DNA from: Candidatus Bathyarchaeota archaeon
Lineage (GTDB): Archaea; Thermoproteota; Bathyarchaeia; Bathyarchaeales; Bathycorpusculaceae
NCBI GenBank assembly: GCA_963832745.1
Contig: CAWHVC010000005.1
Location: 512,001-576,000, forward strand
Direction: 5' to 3'
DNA: 64,000 nt
The first letter of the stretch is position 1. Every line of letters begins with the position of its first letter. The notes under the pieces are model-generated. The model ran no database searches and was not told where the DNA came from. It saw only the letters and a list, made by a program, of their open reading frames with translations. The position numbers and the translations under genes are program-made. This document shows, piece by piece, positions 20,957 to 31,305 of this stretch.

Positions 20957-21793
20957 ATGGCAGAGCGCATTGTTATTGTTAAAGATTTACAGTTCAGTTA
21001 CCCTGCAGGCGTAAACGCTTTGAAAGGCGTGTCCCTTGACATTCAACGGGGAGAAAAAGTAGCAATACTTGGCCCTAACGGTTCAGGCAAATCCACCCTA
21101 ATCCTCCTAATCGCGGGACTACTTACTCCCAACAGTGGCAAAATAACAGTTTTCAGCTTAGACACCACCGCAAAAGACTTCCACAAGCTGCGTTCACGAA
21201 TCGGCTTGGTATTTCAAGACCCCGACGACCAACTTTTCACTCCAAGCGTAATTGAAGACATAGAGTATGGCCCAAAAAACCTCAAGTTGCCCGAAGAAGA
21301 AATCAAGCAAAGAAGCAGCCACGTTTTGGGTATGATGGGCATTCAGCACCTAAAAGACCGCCCACCGCACAGGCTAAGTTTTGGAGAAAAAAAGAAAGTT
21401 TCTCTTGCCACAGCGTTGATTTTAAAGCCGGAACTTTTGATTTTGGATGAACCCACAGCAAACTTGGACCTTGTCTCTCGGAGAGGCTTAATTCACACTT
21501 TAAACGAGTTAAACAAGCAAGGAACCACCATCATTGTTTCAACACATGATGTGGAAGCGTTACCGGAGCTTGCTGACAGAATAATCTTGATAAGCCATGG
21601 CAAACTGGTAGGTGAAGGCGAAACACACCAAGTTTTGCAAAACGACCAGTTGCTAGAAGCTTCAGGACTGGAAGCACCCACCGTAGCAAGAGTTTTTGAG
21701 GAACTAAAAACCGATGGAACAATAAGCCAAGTGCCGATAACTGCTGAGGAAGGAAAAGCAGCACTCAAAAAACTTCTAAACAAGCAACCTTAA
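20957..21793 (+). CDS. cbiO: ECF ATPase (CbiO/NikO)
   Basis: GPNGSGKST, FQDPDDQLF, LSFGEKK, LDEPT. Confidence 0.93.
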   Translation: MAERIVIVKDLQFSYPAGVNALKGVSLDIQRGEKVAILGPNGSGKSTLILLIAGLLTPNSGKITVFSLDTTAKDFHKLRSRIGLVFQDPDDQLFTPSVIEDIEYGPKNLKLPEEEIKQRSSHVLGMMGIQHLKDRPPHRLSFGEKKKVSLATALILKPELLILDEPTANLDLVSRRGLIHTLNELNKQGTTIIVSTHDVEALPELADRIILISHGKLVGEGETHQVLQNDQLLEASGLEAPTVARVFEELKTDGTISQVPITAEEGKAALKKLLNKQP

Positions 21794-21974
21794 CCATTTA
21801 CAAGCCCATTTGCAGTCTATCAAGACGCCAAATACTAACTGTATGCTGTAGCTATATGGAAAAAGTTTTAATCGTTTTGATTTAGGGCAAAAAAAGACGT
21901 GAGTTGTGGCAAAATTTGAGTTGCTATTTCGGTGTAACTGAAAAAAAAATAAAAAAGGGTTTTTGGTGGAGCGT

Positions 21975-22268
21975 TTAATCTATTTTCCATATGCGTATGC
22001 GGACGTAGTTCCAATACTGATAAGATTCGCCTCTAAATAGAGTAACATTGTTAGCTGTGTACTCAACACAAACCAAACCATTCCCAGCACCTGTCTTTAG
22101 TAAAAACACGTCAGCGCTGCTGTGGGTACCAGTAGAATAAGAGATGCCTGCTATGGCAAAGCAGCCATCACTATTCGCTACAAAACACTGGCCATAGTCG
22201 GGGCCTCTTTCGCCATACCATTTACTCCACAACTCTGTACCATCAGAATCGGTCTTTACCAAAAACAC
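21975..22268 (-). pseudogene. C-terminal fragment of a beta-propeller-type repeat surface protein
   Basis: 'FLVKTDSDGTELWSKWYG' and 'DVFLLKT' repeat units; no signal peptide or N-terminal part. Confidence 0.55.
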
Positions 22269-22394
22269 ATCAATAACACCATGAAAACAAACTAATAAAT
22301 TGCCTTCAAGTTAAAGAAACCTTGGCCAACTATAAGTTAGCCAAGGAAGAGCGAAAGTTGTTTTTATCTTAACTCGCTGCGAAATGCTGGAAAA

Positions 22395-22940
22395 TTATTG
22401 GTAAACAATGTGGTAGGTTTCGCCAAACCGCTCATATTGCAAAGTGAAGGAAGTGGCAGAACTGGGAACTTGGAATACAAGCGTACCTGTGTAAGAGCCA
22501 CCATCTAGAATGTTGATGGTGTTCCAGTTGCCATAGGAATAAGTTTCTAAATCGTAACTGTATTCTATGTTATTAATGACAACTGAGAAGTAAAATGGGT
22601 TTGCACTAAACTCTTCATAACCCTTGTTATTGATTGTCATGTTAATTACAAGCCAAACATTACCAGCGTCAGGGGTGTCTGTTAAGCCGTATTTATCAAC
22701 TAACGAATTGGAGGTTACTCCTTCATACTGTATTGTTATAGTTGCTACAGAAGGGGGTGATGAGGGTGTGGGTGTTGGTTGTTCTCCTGGATGGGTCGAG
22801 GGTTGATTATTATTTGACGGAGGGGTAACTTCGCTTGCTGGATGCACCGGAAAAAGTATTACACTAGCCCATATCACAGCCAAACTTGCAACCACTAGAG
22901 TTACAATGATTATCAAGGCAATACCATAAGCCCTTTTCAT
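22395..22940 (-). CDS. DUF4352-like membrane-anchored Ig-fold protein
   Basis: N-terminal TM, P/T linker, 'PDAGNVWLVINMTINNKG...GTLVFQVP'. Confidence 0.8.
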   Translation of the reverse strand: MKRAYGIALIIIVTLVVASLAVIWASVILFPVHPASEVTPPSNNNQPSTHPGEQPTPTPSSPPSVATITIQYEGVTSNSLVDKYGLTDTPDAGNVWLVINMTINNKGYEEFSANPFYFSVVINNIEYSYDLETYSYGNWNTINILDGGSYTGTLVFQVPSSATSFTLQYERFGETYHIVYQ

Positions 22941-23174
22941 TCAAATTCACCTCCCGACCTAAAGGTCCATATAAAATAACCAATTTTTAGTTGGAAGTTC
23001 AATGAATGTATACGAATAGAAGGTTCTATGTTAAAGATAATTTTTTTGATTGTATATCCAGAATTTTGTAAAAAAAAATAAAAAACGGCTTCATGCGATG
23101 CTATTTAACGGTTCAATACAAAAACCTTAGAGGCGGCTGTAAAGCCAAAAAACCCAAAATATGCAAATACTTGC

Positions 23175-23381
23175 TTACTTTTTCGCAACTTGAGTAAACA
23201 TGACTTCTTCAGACAGAGCTCTCTCCATAAGATTCTGAATTGCGTTTGTTGTATTGCCTTTAAAATATGGTTTCACAATGCGTTCAGCAAATTCCGTAAG
23301 CAAACCAACAGAGAAGTCGTGAAAGATTAAGTCCACATGCAGGTCTTCTTTGAGGGCGATTTGGGTTTGTGTTTTAGTCAT
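23175..23381 (-). CDS. Small hypothetical protein
   Basis: 'LLTEFAERIVKPYFKGNTTNAIQNLM'; start ATG 23381 preferred. Confidence 0.65.
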   Translation of the reverse strand: MTKTQTQIALKEDLHVDLIFHDFSVGLLTEFAERIVKPYFKGNTTNAIQNLMERALSEEVMFTQVAKK

Positions 23382-23599
23382 GATTGTCACAAAAGGGCAT
23401 TTTGACGATTTGTAAATAAAAACTGGATGTTGAAACAACCATCAGTGTAAGGGGAGGGGTCAGTGAAAGTAATCAAAAGTTTGTATTTTTGAAGCATAAA
23501 AGGCAACTATTAGTCACATAAAAGCTAAGCCGTTCTGAGGAAAAGTGAGAAAGTAAATGTTTTATTCTCTAAAAGTATTCATTATTTTAAGGATAACCC

Positions 23600-25153
23600 G
23601 TGGATAATTCTTCTTCTGGCGAGAAAACTCAACCAGAGAACTTCTTCCCAAATGAAGATTTTAATAAAACTCTGGAAAGAATAAATAAAAATAAACAAAA
23701 AATTGCTTATGACATACTGGAAAGTATTGACGATTACATTATGGCTTTTGACAGAAACTGGAACATACTTTATTCAAACAAAAAAAATTCAAGCGATTTA
23801 GGATACAAACCTGAAGACCTTTTAGGCAAAAACTGGTGGACAACTTTTCCAAAATTCATCGGAACCGAAGTTGAAAAAGTTTACTTAGAAGTCATGAATA
23901 AACGGCAGATAAAGAGTTTTGAATGGAAAACAATTTACGCAAACACTGGCTGGCGAGAATTCAAAGTATTCCCTTCAGCTGAAGGGATAACAGTTTACGG
24001 GGTAGACATAACTAGACGTAAAAGTCTTCAGCTACAACTAGAAAATTACGCTAAAAACCTTGAAAAGCTTGTGGAGGAACGCACAAAAAAGGTTTTAGAA
24101 GGCGAACAAAGTTACAGGGAACTGTATGAAAGTTTCGGAGAAGCATTCATAGCAACTGATTGGGAACTAAACGTTATACATTGGAACAAAGCCGCCGAAA
24201 CAGTCACAACCATCACAGCGAAAGACGCTTTGGGAAAAAAGATTTACGAGGTACTCCCAGAAATGACAACAGTTGACATAACGCCATTTTTTGAACAATT
24301 AAAAAACAAAAAACCCGCCCGTTTCATGATGAATACAATCAGCAGACAAACCGGACATCCAGCCATTTTTGAAATCTCCACCTACCCATCAACCCTTGGA
24401 ATCATAATTATTGTGGAAGACAAAACGGTTGAAGAAGAAACGAAAAGGTTATCAGCTATAGGCCAAACCGCGGGAATGGTTGGACACGACATCCGCAATC
24501 CCCTGCAGTCAATTGTAGCTTCAATGTTCTTGATAAAAAATGATTTAGAAACCTTACCAGAAAGTCCAGAAAAAAGTGAAGTGGTAAACGAGTTAAGGTC
24601 TATTCAGGAGCAAATAAATTACGTCGACAAAATTGTTTCAGACCTTCAAGATTTCGCAAAACCACTAAGGCCTGAACTTGTAGAAGTGGACCTAAAACGG
24701 TTAATTACAAGTTCCCTGTCAACACTAAATGTTCCAGAAAACGTTAAAGCTTCAGCTTATTTCACCGAAAAAATGCCTAAATTTCAGACAGACCCAACCA
24801 TGCTGAAACGTATCCTGTTAAACTTAGCGACCAACGCTATACAAGCCATGCCCGAAGGCGGCAAATTAACCATTCACGCAAACCAAGAGCAAAAAACAGG
24901 CAACATAAAAATAACCGTTGAAGACACAGGCATAGGCATTTCTAAAGCTATGCAGGAGAAACTGTTTACGCCGTTAATTACGACTAAAGCGAAAGGTCAA
25001 GGGTTAGGTTTAGCTGTTGTTAAACGGTTAATTGAAGCCTTAGGCGGGTCATTAACGTTTGAAAGTCAAGAAGGCAAAGGAACCCAATTCACGATTCAAC
25101 TGCCAACCACAAACGGAAAACACATAAACAGTTTACCCTTCAAAAAAGATTAA
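23600..25153 (+). CDS. Cytoplasmic PAS-PAS sensor histidine kinase
   Basis: Two PAS domains, H-box 'GHDIRNPL', N-box 'NAIQAM', G-boxes 'DTGIG' and 'GQGLGL'. Confidence 0.93.
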   Translation: MDNSSSGEKTQPENFFPNEDFNKTLERINKNKQKIAYDILESIDDYIMAFDRNWNILYSNKKNSSDLGYKPEDLLGKNWWTTFPKFIGTEVEKVYLEVMNKRQIKSFEWKTIYANTGWREFKVFPSAEGITVYGVDITRRKSLQLQLENYAKNLEKLVEERTKKVLEGEQSYRELYESFGEAFIATDWELNVIHWNKAAETVTTITAKDALGKKIYEVLPEMTTVDITPFFEQLKNKKPARFMMNTISRQTGHPAIFEISTYPSTLGIIIIVEDKTVEEETKRLSAIGQTAGMVGHDIRNPLQSIVASMFLIKNDLETLPESPEKSEVVNELRSIQEQINYVDKIVSDLQDFAKPLRPELVEVDLKRLITSSLSTLNVPENVKASAYFTEKMPKFQTDPTMLKRILLNLATNAIQAMPEGGKLTIHANQEQKTGNIKITVEDTGIGISKAMQEKLFTPLITTKAKGQGLGLAVVKRLIEALGGSLTFESQEGKGTQFTIQLPTTNGKHINSLPFKKD

Positions 25154-25219
25154 ACAAAAAAATGCTTTCAAAACTGTTTATATACACCTAAAACTTCGAT
25201 TTATTTAGAGGTAAAGTTT

Positions 25220-25519
25220 TTGTCAACTTATCTATCAGCTCTGCAAGCAGTTGTTCCAGCTGACCCTACCCAGATTTTATGGTTACTCATAGTTTTGCTA
25301 ATTATCGGTTTAATCGCAATTGTCGTCTTGGGCTTCCTATTCGCCTTCCCCATAGCGGTAGTTGCAGCCATAGCAGCCTGGTTCTTTACAGGCGGAGACC
25401 TATTCTTGTCAGGTCTAACTTTTCTGATTACCGCATTTATAACCGCAGCCGTAGGCAGACTCTGGCATACAGCCAAACATCAACAGCAAGAAAACGAATA
25501 CGTCCATAACGAGCATTAA
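25220..25519 (+). CDS. Small multi-TM membrane protein
   Basis: Highly hydrophobic 99 aa ORF with gaggt SD. Confidence 0.7.
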   Translation: MSTYLSALQAVVPADPTQILWLLIVLLIIGLIAIVVLGFLFAFPIAVVAAIAAWFFTGGDLFLSGLTFLITAFITAAVGRLWHTAKHQQQENEYVHNEH

Positions 25520-25586
25520 CAACAATCAAAAAGCAAAATCAAACCTATGAAAGAATAAAACAAAAAATAAGTTAAAATGGGAAAGG

Positions 25587-26450
25587 TTAGGCTTTTGGCG
25601 CGGTTTTTTCTACTGCGCTGTTTAAGCTGCTCATTTCTGCGTTGGCTTTGCGGATGAGGTCGCCGATGGTTTCTTTTGTTGGGATTGCTGCGCTGACTGA
25701 CAATGCGACTGCTTTTTGGTGTGCTCTTTGTAGCAATGGTTTGATTGTGTCTTTGCTTGCATAACCGATTTCGAGTGCTAACGCGAATGCTTCTTGGTTG
25801 CTTGTTTCAACACTCTTTTTAGTTGCTGCTACGTCAACGACAAGTTGGTTACCAGTAATGATTAAGCCGTTATCATAAACTGCACGCATGGATATGCCTA
25901 ATTCTACGGCTTTTATGCCGAGTTTTGAGAGGACACCTGCAAGGCGTTCGTTGATTGCTTCGCCTCTGCGAACGACAAGAGTGTCTTTGCTTACCCAGAC
26001 GCTGCCGTTTTCGATTCTTGTTGGCAAACCTACAGCGTTTAGTTGGCTGATGACTGGTCCTGGTGGTTGACCTGTGTTGCTTTGTGGAATAACAACGTCC
26101 ATTGCGGCGATGTCGTTTGCTTTAGCGAAGGTTTTGATTTTGCCTTTTTCAAGTAATAGTGCTAGTTTGAAAGGGTTTAAGTTGGTGAACAGGTAAACGT
26201 TTGGTCCTTCAAGGTATTCTTCAAGTGGTCTTAGTTCTTCTTGCTTCATTTCTTCAAGGGCAAGCTTTACCAGCGTGTTCTTTAGAACTCTAAAGGTAAC
26301 TTGGCCCTTCATGCTCTTTTTGAGTTCTTGTAGTTGTGAAGCTCGAACCTTCTGTAAACTGGCGATGCCGATTGACTTGCAATCCTTCAGTACATCGATT
26401 ATTTCTTCTACTTCATTTGATTTTTGTTGTAACACTTGTTGTGACGGCAT
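25587..26450 (-). CDS. rpl10: 50S ribosomal protein uL10 (P0)
   Basis: 'KNTLVKLAL', 'NPFKL', 'TGQPPGP', 'LSKLGIK'. Confidence 0.96.
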   Translation of the reverse strand: MPSQQVLQQKSNEVEEIIDVLKDCKSIGIASLQKVRASQLQELKKSMKGQVTFRVLKNTLVKLALEEMKQEELRPLEEYLEGPNVYLFTNLNPFKLALLLEKGKIKTFAKANDIAAMDVVIPQSNTGQPPGPVISQLNAVGLPTRIENGSVWVSKDTLVVRRGEAINERLAGVLSKLGIKAVELGISMRAVYDNGLIITGNQLVVDVAATKKSVETSNQEAFALALEIGYASKDTIKPLLQRAHQKAVALSVSAAIPTKETIGDLIRKANAEMSSLNSAVEKTAPKA

Positions 26451-26465
26451 GTTTGTTTTCCTCAG

Positions 26466-27116
26466 TTATGGTTTAATCTTAACAGGTTCGCCCATGGATG
26501 TCTTAACGAACACGTACTTAACGTTCTTAAGGCCACGTTTAAGTTTTCCATCCAAGACACGAAGGATAGCTTGAGCATTTTCAACAAGCTCTTCATCATT
26601 CATTTGTTCGGTGCCAAAAGAAACCTGAATTATCGGTTGAGTACGCATGCGAACAACAACCGTTTTGCGGTTTCTTGCAAGAATCGCGGTGATGTCAGCG
26701 TTTGGTGGAACTGGAATTGGCATTTTGCCTCTTGGACCCAAAACTGGACCCAAAATTCTGCCGACCAAAGGCATCAATGGTGCCTCAGAAATGAATATGT
26801 CATAATCTGTCGCTAACTTGCGTAATTCCTTCTTTTTACCTGCTAACCCTTCAAGGTCAGCTTTTTCTAAAACGAAATCAGCTTGAGCATTGCGTGCTTT
26901 GAGCGCAAACTCGCCAGAAGCAACAACACAGACCTTGTTTGGCTTGCCAGTTGGCTTAGGAAGCTCTACAACCTCCTGGATTTTACCTTCTGGGGCTTTC
27001 ATGTCAATTTCTTGAATGTCCAGGATCATGTCTACTGACTGGTTGAATTTCTTTCCGCCAGACTTCGTCTTTGCCTGTTTTACTGCTTCTAATATTGTCT
27101 TGTTATCTAAGGGCAT
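26466..27116 (-). CDS. rpl1: 50S ribosomal protein uL1
   Basis: 'FNQSVD', 'LGPVLGPRGKMP', 'KTSMG'; start ATG 27116. Confidence 0.97.
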   Translation of the reverse strand: MPLDNKTILEAVKQAKTKSGGKKFNQSVDMILDIQEIDMKAPEGKIQEVVELPKPTGKPNKVCVVASGEFALKARNAQADFVLEKADLEGLAGKKKELRKLATDYDIFISEAPLMPLVGRILGPVLGPRGKMPIPVPPNADITAILARNRKTVVVRMRTQPIIQVSFGTEQMNDEELVENAQAILRVLDGKLKRGLKNVKYVFVKTSMGEPVKIKP

Positions 27117-27174
27117 TTTTAAGCCTCGAACCAATGAGGGATTGGAACCCAATTATAAAAATATTCGCCTAACA

Positions 27175-27663
27175 TTATTGGCTACCAAATAGCTGTTCAT
27201 ATGTGCCAGCATCAATATCCTTCTGTATGTCACGTGGATCTTTGCCTTCAACAGTTACACCTATACTGACACAGGTGCCAAGCAACTCTTTAGTAGCATC
27301 TTTAGTGGTTGTTGCTAACAGTTGTGGAGCCTTAATTTTTGCGATGCGAATCACTTGCTCCATGGATAGGTCGCCAACTTTAACGGTGTTGGGTGTACCT
27401 GAGCCTTTCTCGATTTTTAATTCAGCAACAATTAATGCGGATGCTGTTGGAGTACCAACGGTTACTTCGAAGGTTTTGTCTTCAGTGTCAACACTCACCT
27501 TAACTGGAACTTTCATTCCAGCGTATTCTTTTGTGACTTCGTTGATTTTGTTTACTACAGCCACGATGTTGACGCCTAATGGGCCAAGAGCTGGACCAAG
27601 TGGAGGACCTGCGTTAGCTTGACCGCCGCTGACGATTAATTCTACAACTTTTTTGTCTGCCAT
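27175..27663 (-). CDS. rpl11: 50S ribosomal protein uL11
   Basis: 'GGQANAGPPLGPALGPLG', 'GMKVPV'. Confidence 0.97.
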   Translation of the reverse strand: MADKKVVELIVSGGQANAGPPLGPALGPLGVNIVAVVNKINEVTKEYAGMKVPVKVSVDTEDKTFEVTVGTPTASALIVAELKIEKGSGTPNTVKVGDLSMEQVIRIAKIKAPQLLATTTKDATKELLGTCVSIGVTVEGKDPRDIQKDIDAGTYEQLFGSQ

Positions 27664-27674
27664 TTTGTTTCACC

Positions 27675-28142
27675 TTATGCTTTTGTTACCAGTTTTACAT
27701 AGTCTGAATGTACTGTGATTGGCAAAGTGAATGTTGCCTCGAGAAGCTCAAGGGTAACTTCGCCTTTAGACTTGTCAAGTCGAGTGATTTTTGCACGCAT
27801 ACCTTTGAATGGGCCACCAGTGATTTCTACGACATCATCTTCGCCAAGGTCTTCCATAACTGGTTTACGTACAATATAACGTTCAATTTCGCTAAAGCTG
27901 ACTAAACCGGGAATGCGGGAACGTACATGCCTGACGCCTGCGATGGCTTCTTCTACAAGGTGGGGTCCATCTGCTTCGATGAACACATAACCTTTTAATG
28001 TGTCAGGTATTAGAAGAGCTTTCAATGGAATCTGTGTCATTTCAACTTTTGCAGTGATTAATCTTGCAACGTTACGTTCTTGTCCAGTGGTTGTTTTAAC
28101 CACAAAAATCTTGGTTGGTTGCTGCTCTTCTTTTTTCTGCAT
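27675..28142 (-). CDS. spt5: Transcription elongation factor Spt5 (NusG)
   Basis: NGN 'LKGYVFIEA' and KOW 'GGPFKG'. Confidence 0.96.
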   Translation of the reverse strand: MQKKEEQQPTKIFVVKTTTGQERNVARLITAKVEMTQIPLKALLIPDTLKGYVFIEADGPHLVEEAIAGVRHVRSRIPGLVSFSEIERYIVRKPVMEDLGEDDVVEITGGPFKGMRAKITRLDKSKGEVTLELLEATFTLPITVHSDYVKLVTKA

Positions 28143-28156
28143 CTAAAAAATCCCCG

Positions 28157-28330
28157 TTAAGCTGTTGCTCCTAATGCATTGGCAATGTACCGTATAGCAA
28201 AACCAATTATGCCTATTGCGCCGATGCCTAAGATGCTAATTTTTATTGAGAGCCAAAGCTCTTCACGTCCAGGTTTCACTGCCAACTTTAAAGTTCTTGC
28301 GCATTGTGCTAGGAATGACTTTATACCCAT
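28157..28330 (-). CDS. secE: Protein translocase SecE/Sec61-gamma
   Basis: 'RTLKLAVKPGREEL...GIIGFAI'; start ATG 28330. Confidence 0.92.
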   Translation of the reverse strand: MGIKSFLAQCARTLKLAVKPGREELWLSIKISILGIGAIGIIGFAIRYIANALGATA

Positions 28331-28436
28331 TTTTACCGCACACTCATGATTTCTTTCTGGAATAATAAATGTTGCTGTAACTTTTAAGAGTTGAAACCTT
28401 AACAGCACTTAGATTATTAAACTTTCAGGTTTAAAG

Positions 28437-29264
28437 TTAAATTTTGCGGTAAGCAAGCCCAGCCTTGTCCAAAGCCGAGATTAAACCCGGTTTTTCCTCA
28501 CTTTTTATGCCTCGCCAATCCAGCAACGCCTCTGAAACTTGTTCTAGACTGCGTTCAACACACTGTTTGAGCATTGGCAAGTCCATGTTGGCAACAGCAT
28601 ATTTTGGAATTATGTGACCAAAAACTGCTTCTCCATCTAGGGCCATTTGGGTAAATTTTTTGTTGTAATGGGTTCCCCCGATTCCGATGACAGCTTTTTC
28701 GGCGGGTTTGGGTTCAAAGTTTTCTATTGCAGAAATTGCAGCGTGGGCAACGGCGCTAGCTGCTTTGGAATCATTCCACTGGGGCGGAGAACTACCTAAT
28801 TCCACGAACATCGTTGGCACCTTCAGTGATGGACCATGATGAGTAGCTTCAAAAGACACTTCATAATCAAGACAAAGATCCTGTTGATAGTGCTTGAGCG
28901 ATTTTAATGCATCTCTCATAGCTGTACCTGCAGAAACAGAAAGCTTTCGGGGCAGGCCGCCCAATTCGGCTTCTGCAAAGTTTCCCGGCGTATGCACAGT
29001 TAATGTTGGAGTTTCGCTTTGGCTGCTGTGGCGAGAAATAAAAACTATAAGTTTAGCGTTGGGAAAGCTTGCTGGAAGATTTTGTGCGTTGACTTCTTTC
29101 TCGTTAAGCGTTATGAAGGTAATTGGTTTTTTGTTTATGTTGGCATTGTAAACTGGGTTTTCTTGGAAGATTTTTTGGGTTTTTTGAAAGGGATAATGTT
29201 GAAGGATTTGCTTTGCAATGTTTAAGCTTGCAGGGTCTTTGTTTGAGGAAACCAGCAAAATCAT
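28437..29264 (-). CDS. dtdA: D-aminoacyl-tRNA deacylase (DTD2)
   Basis: 'SRHSS', 'LTVHTPGN', 'EATHHGP', 'FVELGS', 'GGTHY', 'GHIIPKY'. Confidence 0.93.
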   Translation of the reverse strand: MILLVSSNKDPASLNIAKQILQHYPFQKTQKIFQENPVYNANINKKPITFITLNEKEVNAQNLPASFPNAKLIVFISRHSSQSETPTLTVHTPGNFAEAELGGLPRKLSVSAGTAMRDALKSLKHYQQDLCLDYEVSFEATHHGPSLKVPTMFVELGSSPPQWNDSKAASAVAHAAISAIENFEPKPAEKAVIGIGGTHYNKKFTQMALDGEAVFGHIIPKYAVANMDLPMLKQCVERSLEQVSEALLDWRGIKSEEKPGLISALDKAGLAYRKI

Positions 29265-29448
29265 GCTTTATCAATGGATGATGCAGGTTTTTACAATAAA
29301 AAGGTTCCATAAGTTTTAAGATTTTTAATTCCTAAAATAAAAAAAGCCCCGATTACTTTAGCTTAAAGCTGATTTACAGGAAAAAACTGCGGCAAAACCC
29401 TTATAATTGCTAAACTGATTACGCAGATACGGTATAGAAGGCTAAAGG

Positions 29449-30365
29449 ATGCATTTACTCAACTTTAAAGAATTACCAGATCAAGAACTAACACAACTTG
29501 TCGACACAGCAATAGAAATCAAGCATTACCCACAAAAATACGCCAAAACCTTAGAAGGCAAAACCGCCGCTTTAGTTTTCCAAAAAACCTCCACACGTAC
29601 ACGTGTCTCGTTTGAAGTTGCAATGACACAACTTGGAGGTCACGGCTTATTTATGGATTGGAGAGCCACCAACTTTACAATGGCAGACCTCACCGACGAA
29701 ATGGGGTACCTGTCACGTAACGTTGACTGCATCATGGCAAGGCTACTTACAATTCGGACTTAAATAAGATGGCAAAATCTAGCCGCGTACCCGTCATTAA
29801 CGGATGTGACGAAAAATATCATCCAAGCCAAGCCATAGCTGACCTTATCACGATGAAAGAGAAAGAAAGGCAAGCTGCAAGGCACAAAACTGGTTTACGT
29901 GGGCGTCCACAACAACGTCGACTAATTCACTTATTGAAGCCTGCACTAAAACATGGCGCAAAAATCACTACCGTCTGTCCACTATTTCAATGAAGCCTCA
30001 AGAGATGACGAATTGCTAAAAGAAGCCAGAAAAAACTGGGCTTTGGGAATCCAGCATTGGACCTGAAAAAGGCGGTTTCTGACGCGGATTTCGTGTATAC
30101 TGACACTTGGGTTGACATGGAGTTTTTCACTGACCCTAAATATGAGGCGGAAAAGGAGAAGCGAATTAAACTAATGATGCCCTACCAAATCAACCTAGAT
30201 CTGCTTAAAGGCACAAGTGCGTACGTGATGCATGATATGCCGATTCACCGCGGCTACGAAATCACCACAGACGCCATCGAAAACCCAAAAAGCGTCATTT
30301 ACGAGCAAGCAGAAAACAGGCTATACTCAGCCAAAGCAATACTGCTCAAACTGATAGGAGCCTAA
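29449..30365 (+). pseudogene. argF: Ornithine carbamoyltransferase with about 6-7 single-base indels (pseudogene or consensus error)
   Basis: STRTR, HPSQ, YTDTWVDM, MHDMP and EQAENR motifs distributed across frames. Confidence 0.88.
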
Positions 30366-30496
30366 AAACCCGTTCCAATTTTTGTTTTAGCAACAAACCT
30401 GCTTTTTGCAGGGTTTTTGATGCTTTTGTCGTTTTTGAATAAGGCTTATTAGCCCTGTCTGGTTCGAGTTTACTTAAGTGCGCTCGGAGGATTAAG

Positions 30497-31189
30497 ATGG
30501 CAAACATTCGAAAGTTTAGTTTAGTTTTAGTGGGGATTCTACTTGCCAGTGGTTTATTGTTGTCATTTAATGTTCATGCCGAGCCTTCAGTTGACCCGCC
30601 GCCTTTCCCAACTTTTACCGTTAGTCTGGTGGACTTCTCCTATGATGTACCAGCTGTAACAAACCCTTATAACGGCAATATTACGACTCCAGCTCATAAT
30701 GTTACAGAATATCAGTTAGAGCTCAAAATTAAAAATGTTCATGTTCCCTACAAGGAAGTATACTATAACATACAAACCAAAGGTTTCTATGGGGATATAT
30801 GGACAAGCCACTCACGAAATAGGGCATCTGATTCAGAGTACACTATGGTTCACCTTTCTGCAGAGTATAGTGTTGGTGATAAAATAGATATTCAAGTGCA
30901 GACGGAAATTGTGTACCAATATGAACAAGCTCCAATCTTGCCTAATCATGATTCGACCTTTTTAACTGGCTACCAAAAAGGCAGTTGGAGCCCAACTCAA
31001 ACTTTCACAATGCCAGACACATCCACAGTGTTCGCAACGTCAACGCCCAATAGTATCGAGTCAGCAGAACTAATAATCGGCACAGAGCTAATAGTTGGCA
31101 TTATAGCCCTAACAATTAGCGTTCTAATCGTCGCAGTCATAATAAAGAAAAAAACAACCCCAAACCAAACAAAGAATCAGACGGGTTAA
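30497..31189 (+). CDS. Secreted Ig-like protein with C-terminal TM anchor
   Basis: Signal peptide, 'SYDVP', 'GSWSPTQTFT', C-terminal TM followed by KKK. Confidence 0.8.
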   Translation: MANIRKFSLVLVGILLASGLLLSFNVHAEPSVDPPPFPTFTVSLVDFSYDVPAVTNPYNGNITTPAHNVTEYQLELKIKNVHVPYKEVYYNIQTKGFYGDIWTSHSRNRASDSEYTMVHLSAEYSVGDKIDIQVQTEIVYQYEQAPILPNHDSTFLTGYQKGSWSPTQTFTMPDTSTVFATSTPNSIESAELIIGTELIVGIIALTISVLIVAVIIKKKTTPNQTKNQTG

Positions 31190-31207
31190 GCAAGGACCTA
31201 TTTGGAT

Positions 31208-31303
31208 CCTATTAGGATGCTATTAGTGGTTATATGTTGAAACCTATTAGGGGGTAGGTGCTAATGACTGAAAAACCACATCATTAGTATGTTGAAAATC
31301 AGT
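31208..31303 (+). repeat. Dispersed ~95 bp repeat family A, copy 2
   Basis: cctattaggatgctattagtggttatatgttgaaacctattagggggtaggtgctaatgactgaaaaaccacatcattagtatgttgaaaatcagt. Confidence 0.88.
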
Positions 31304-31305
31304 AG

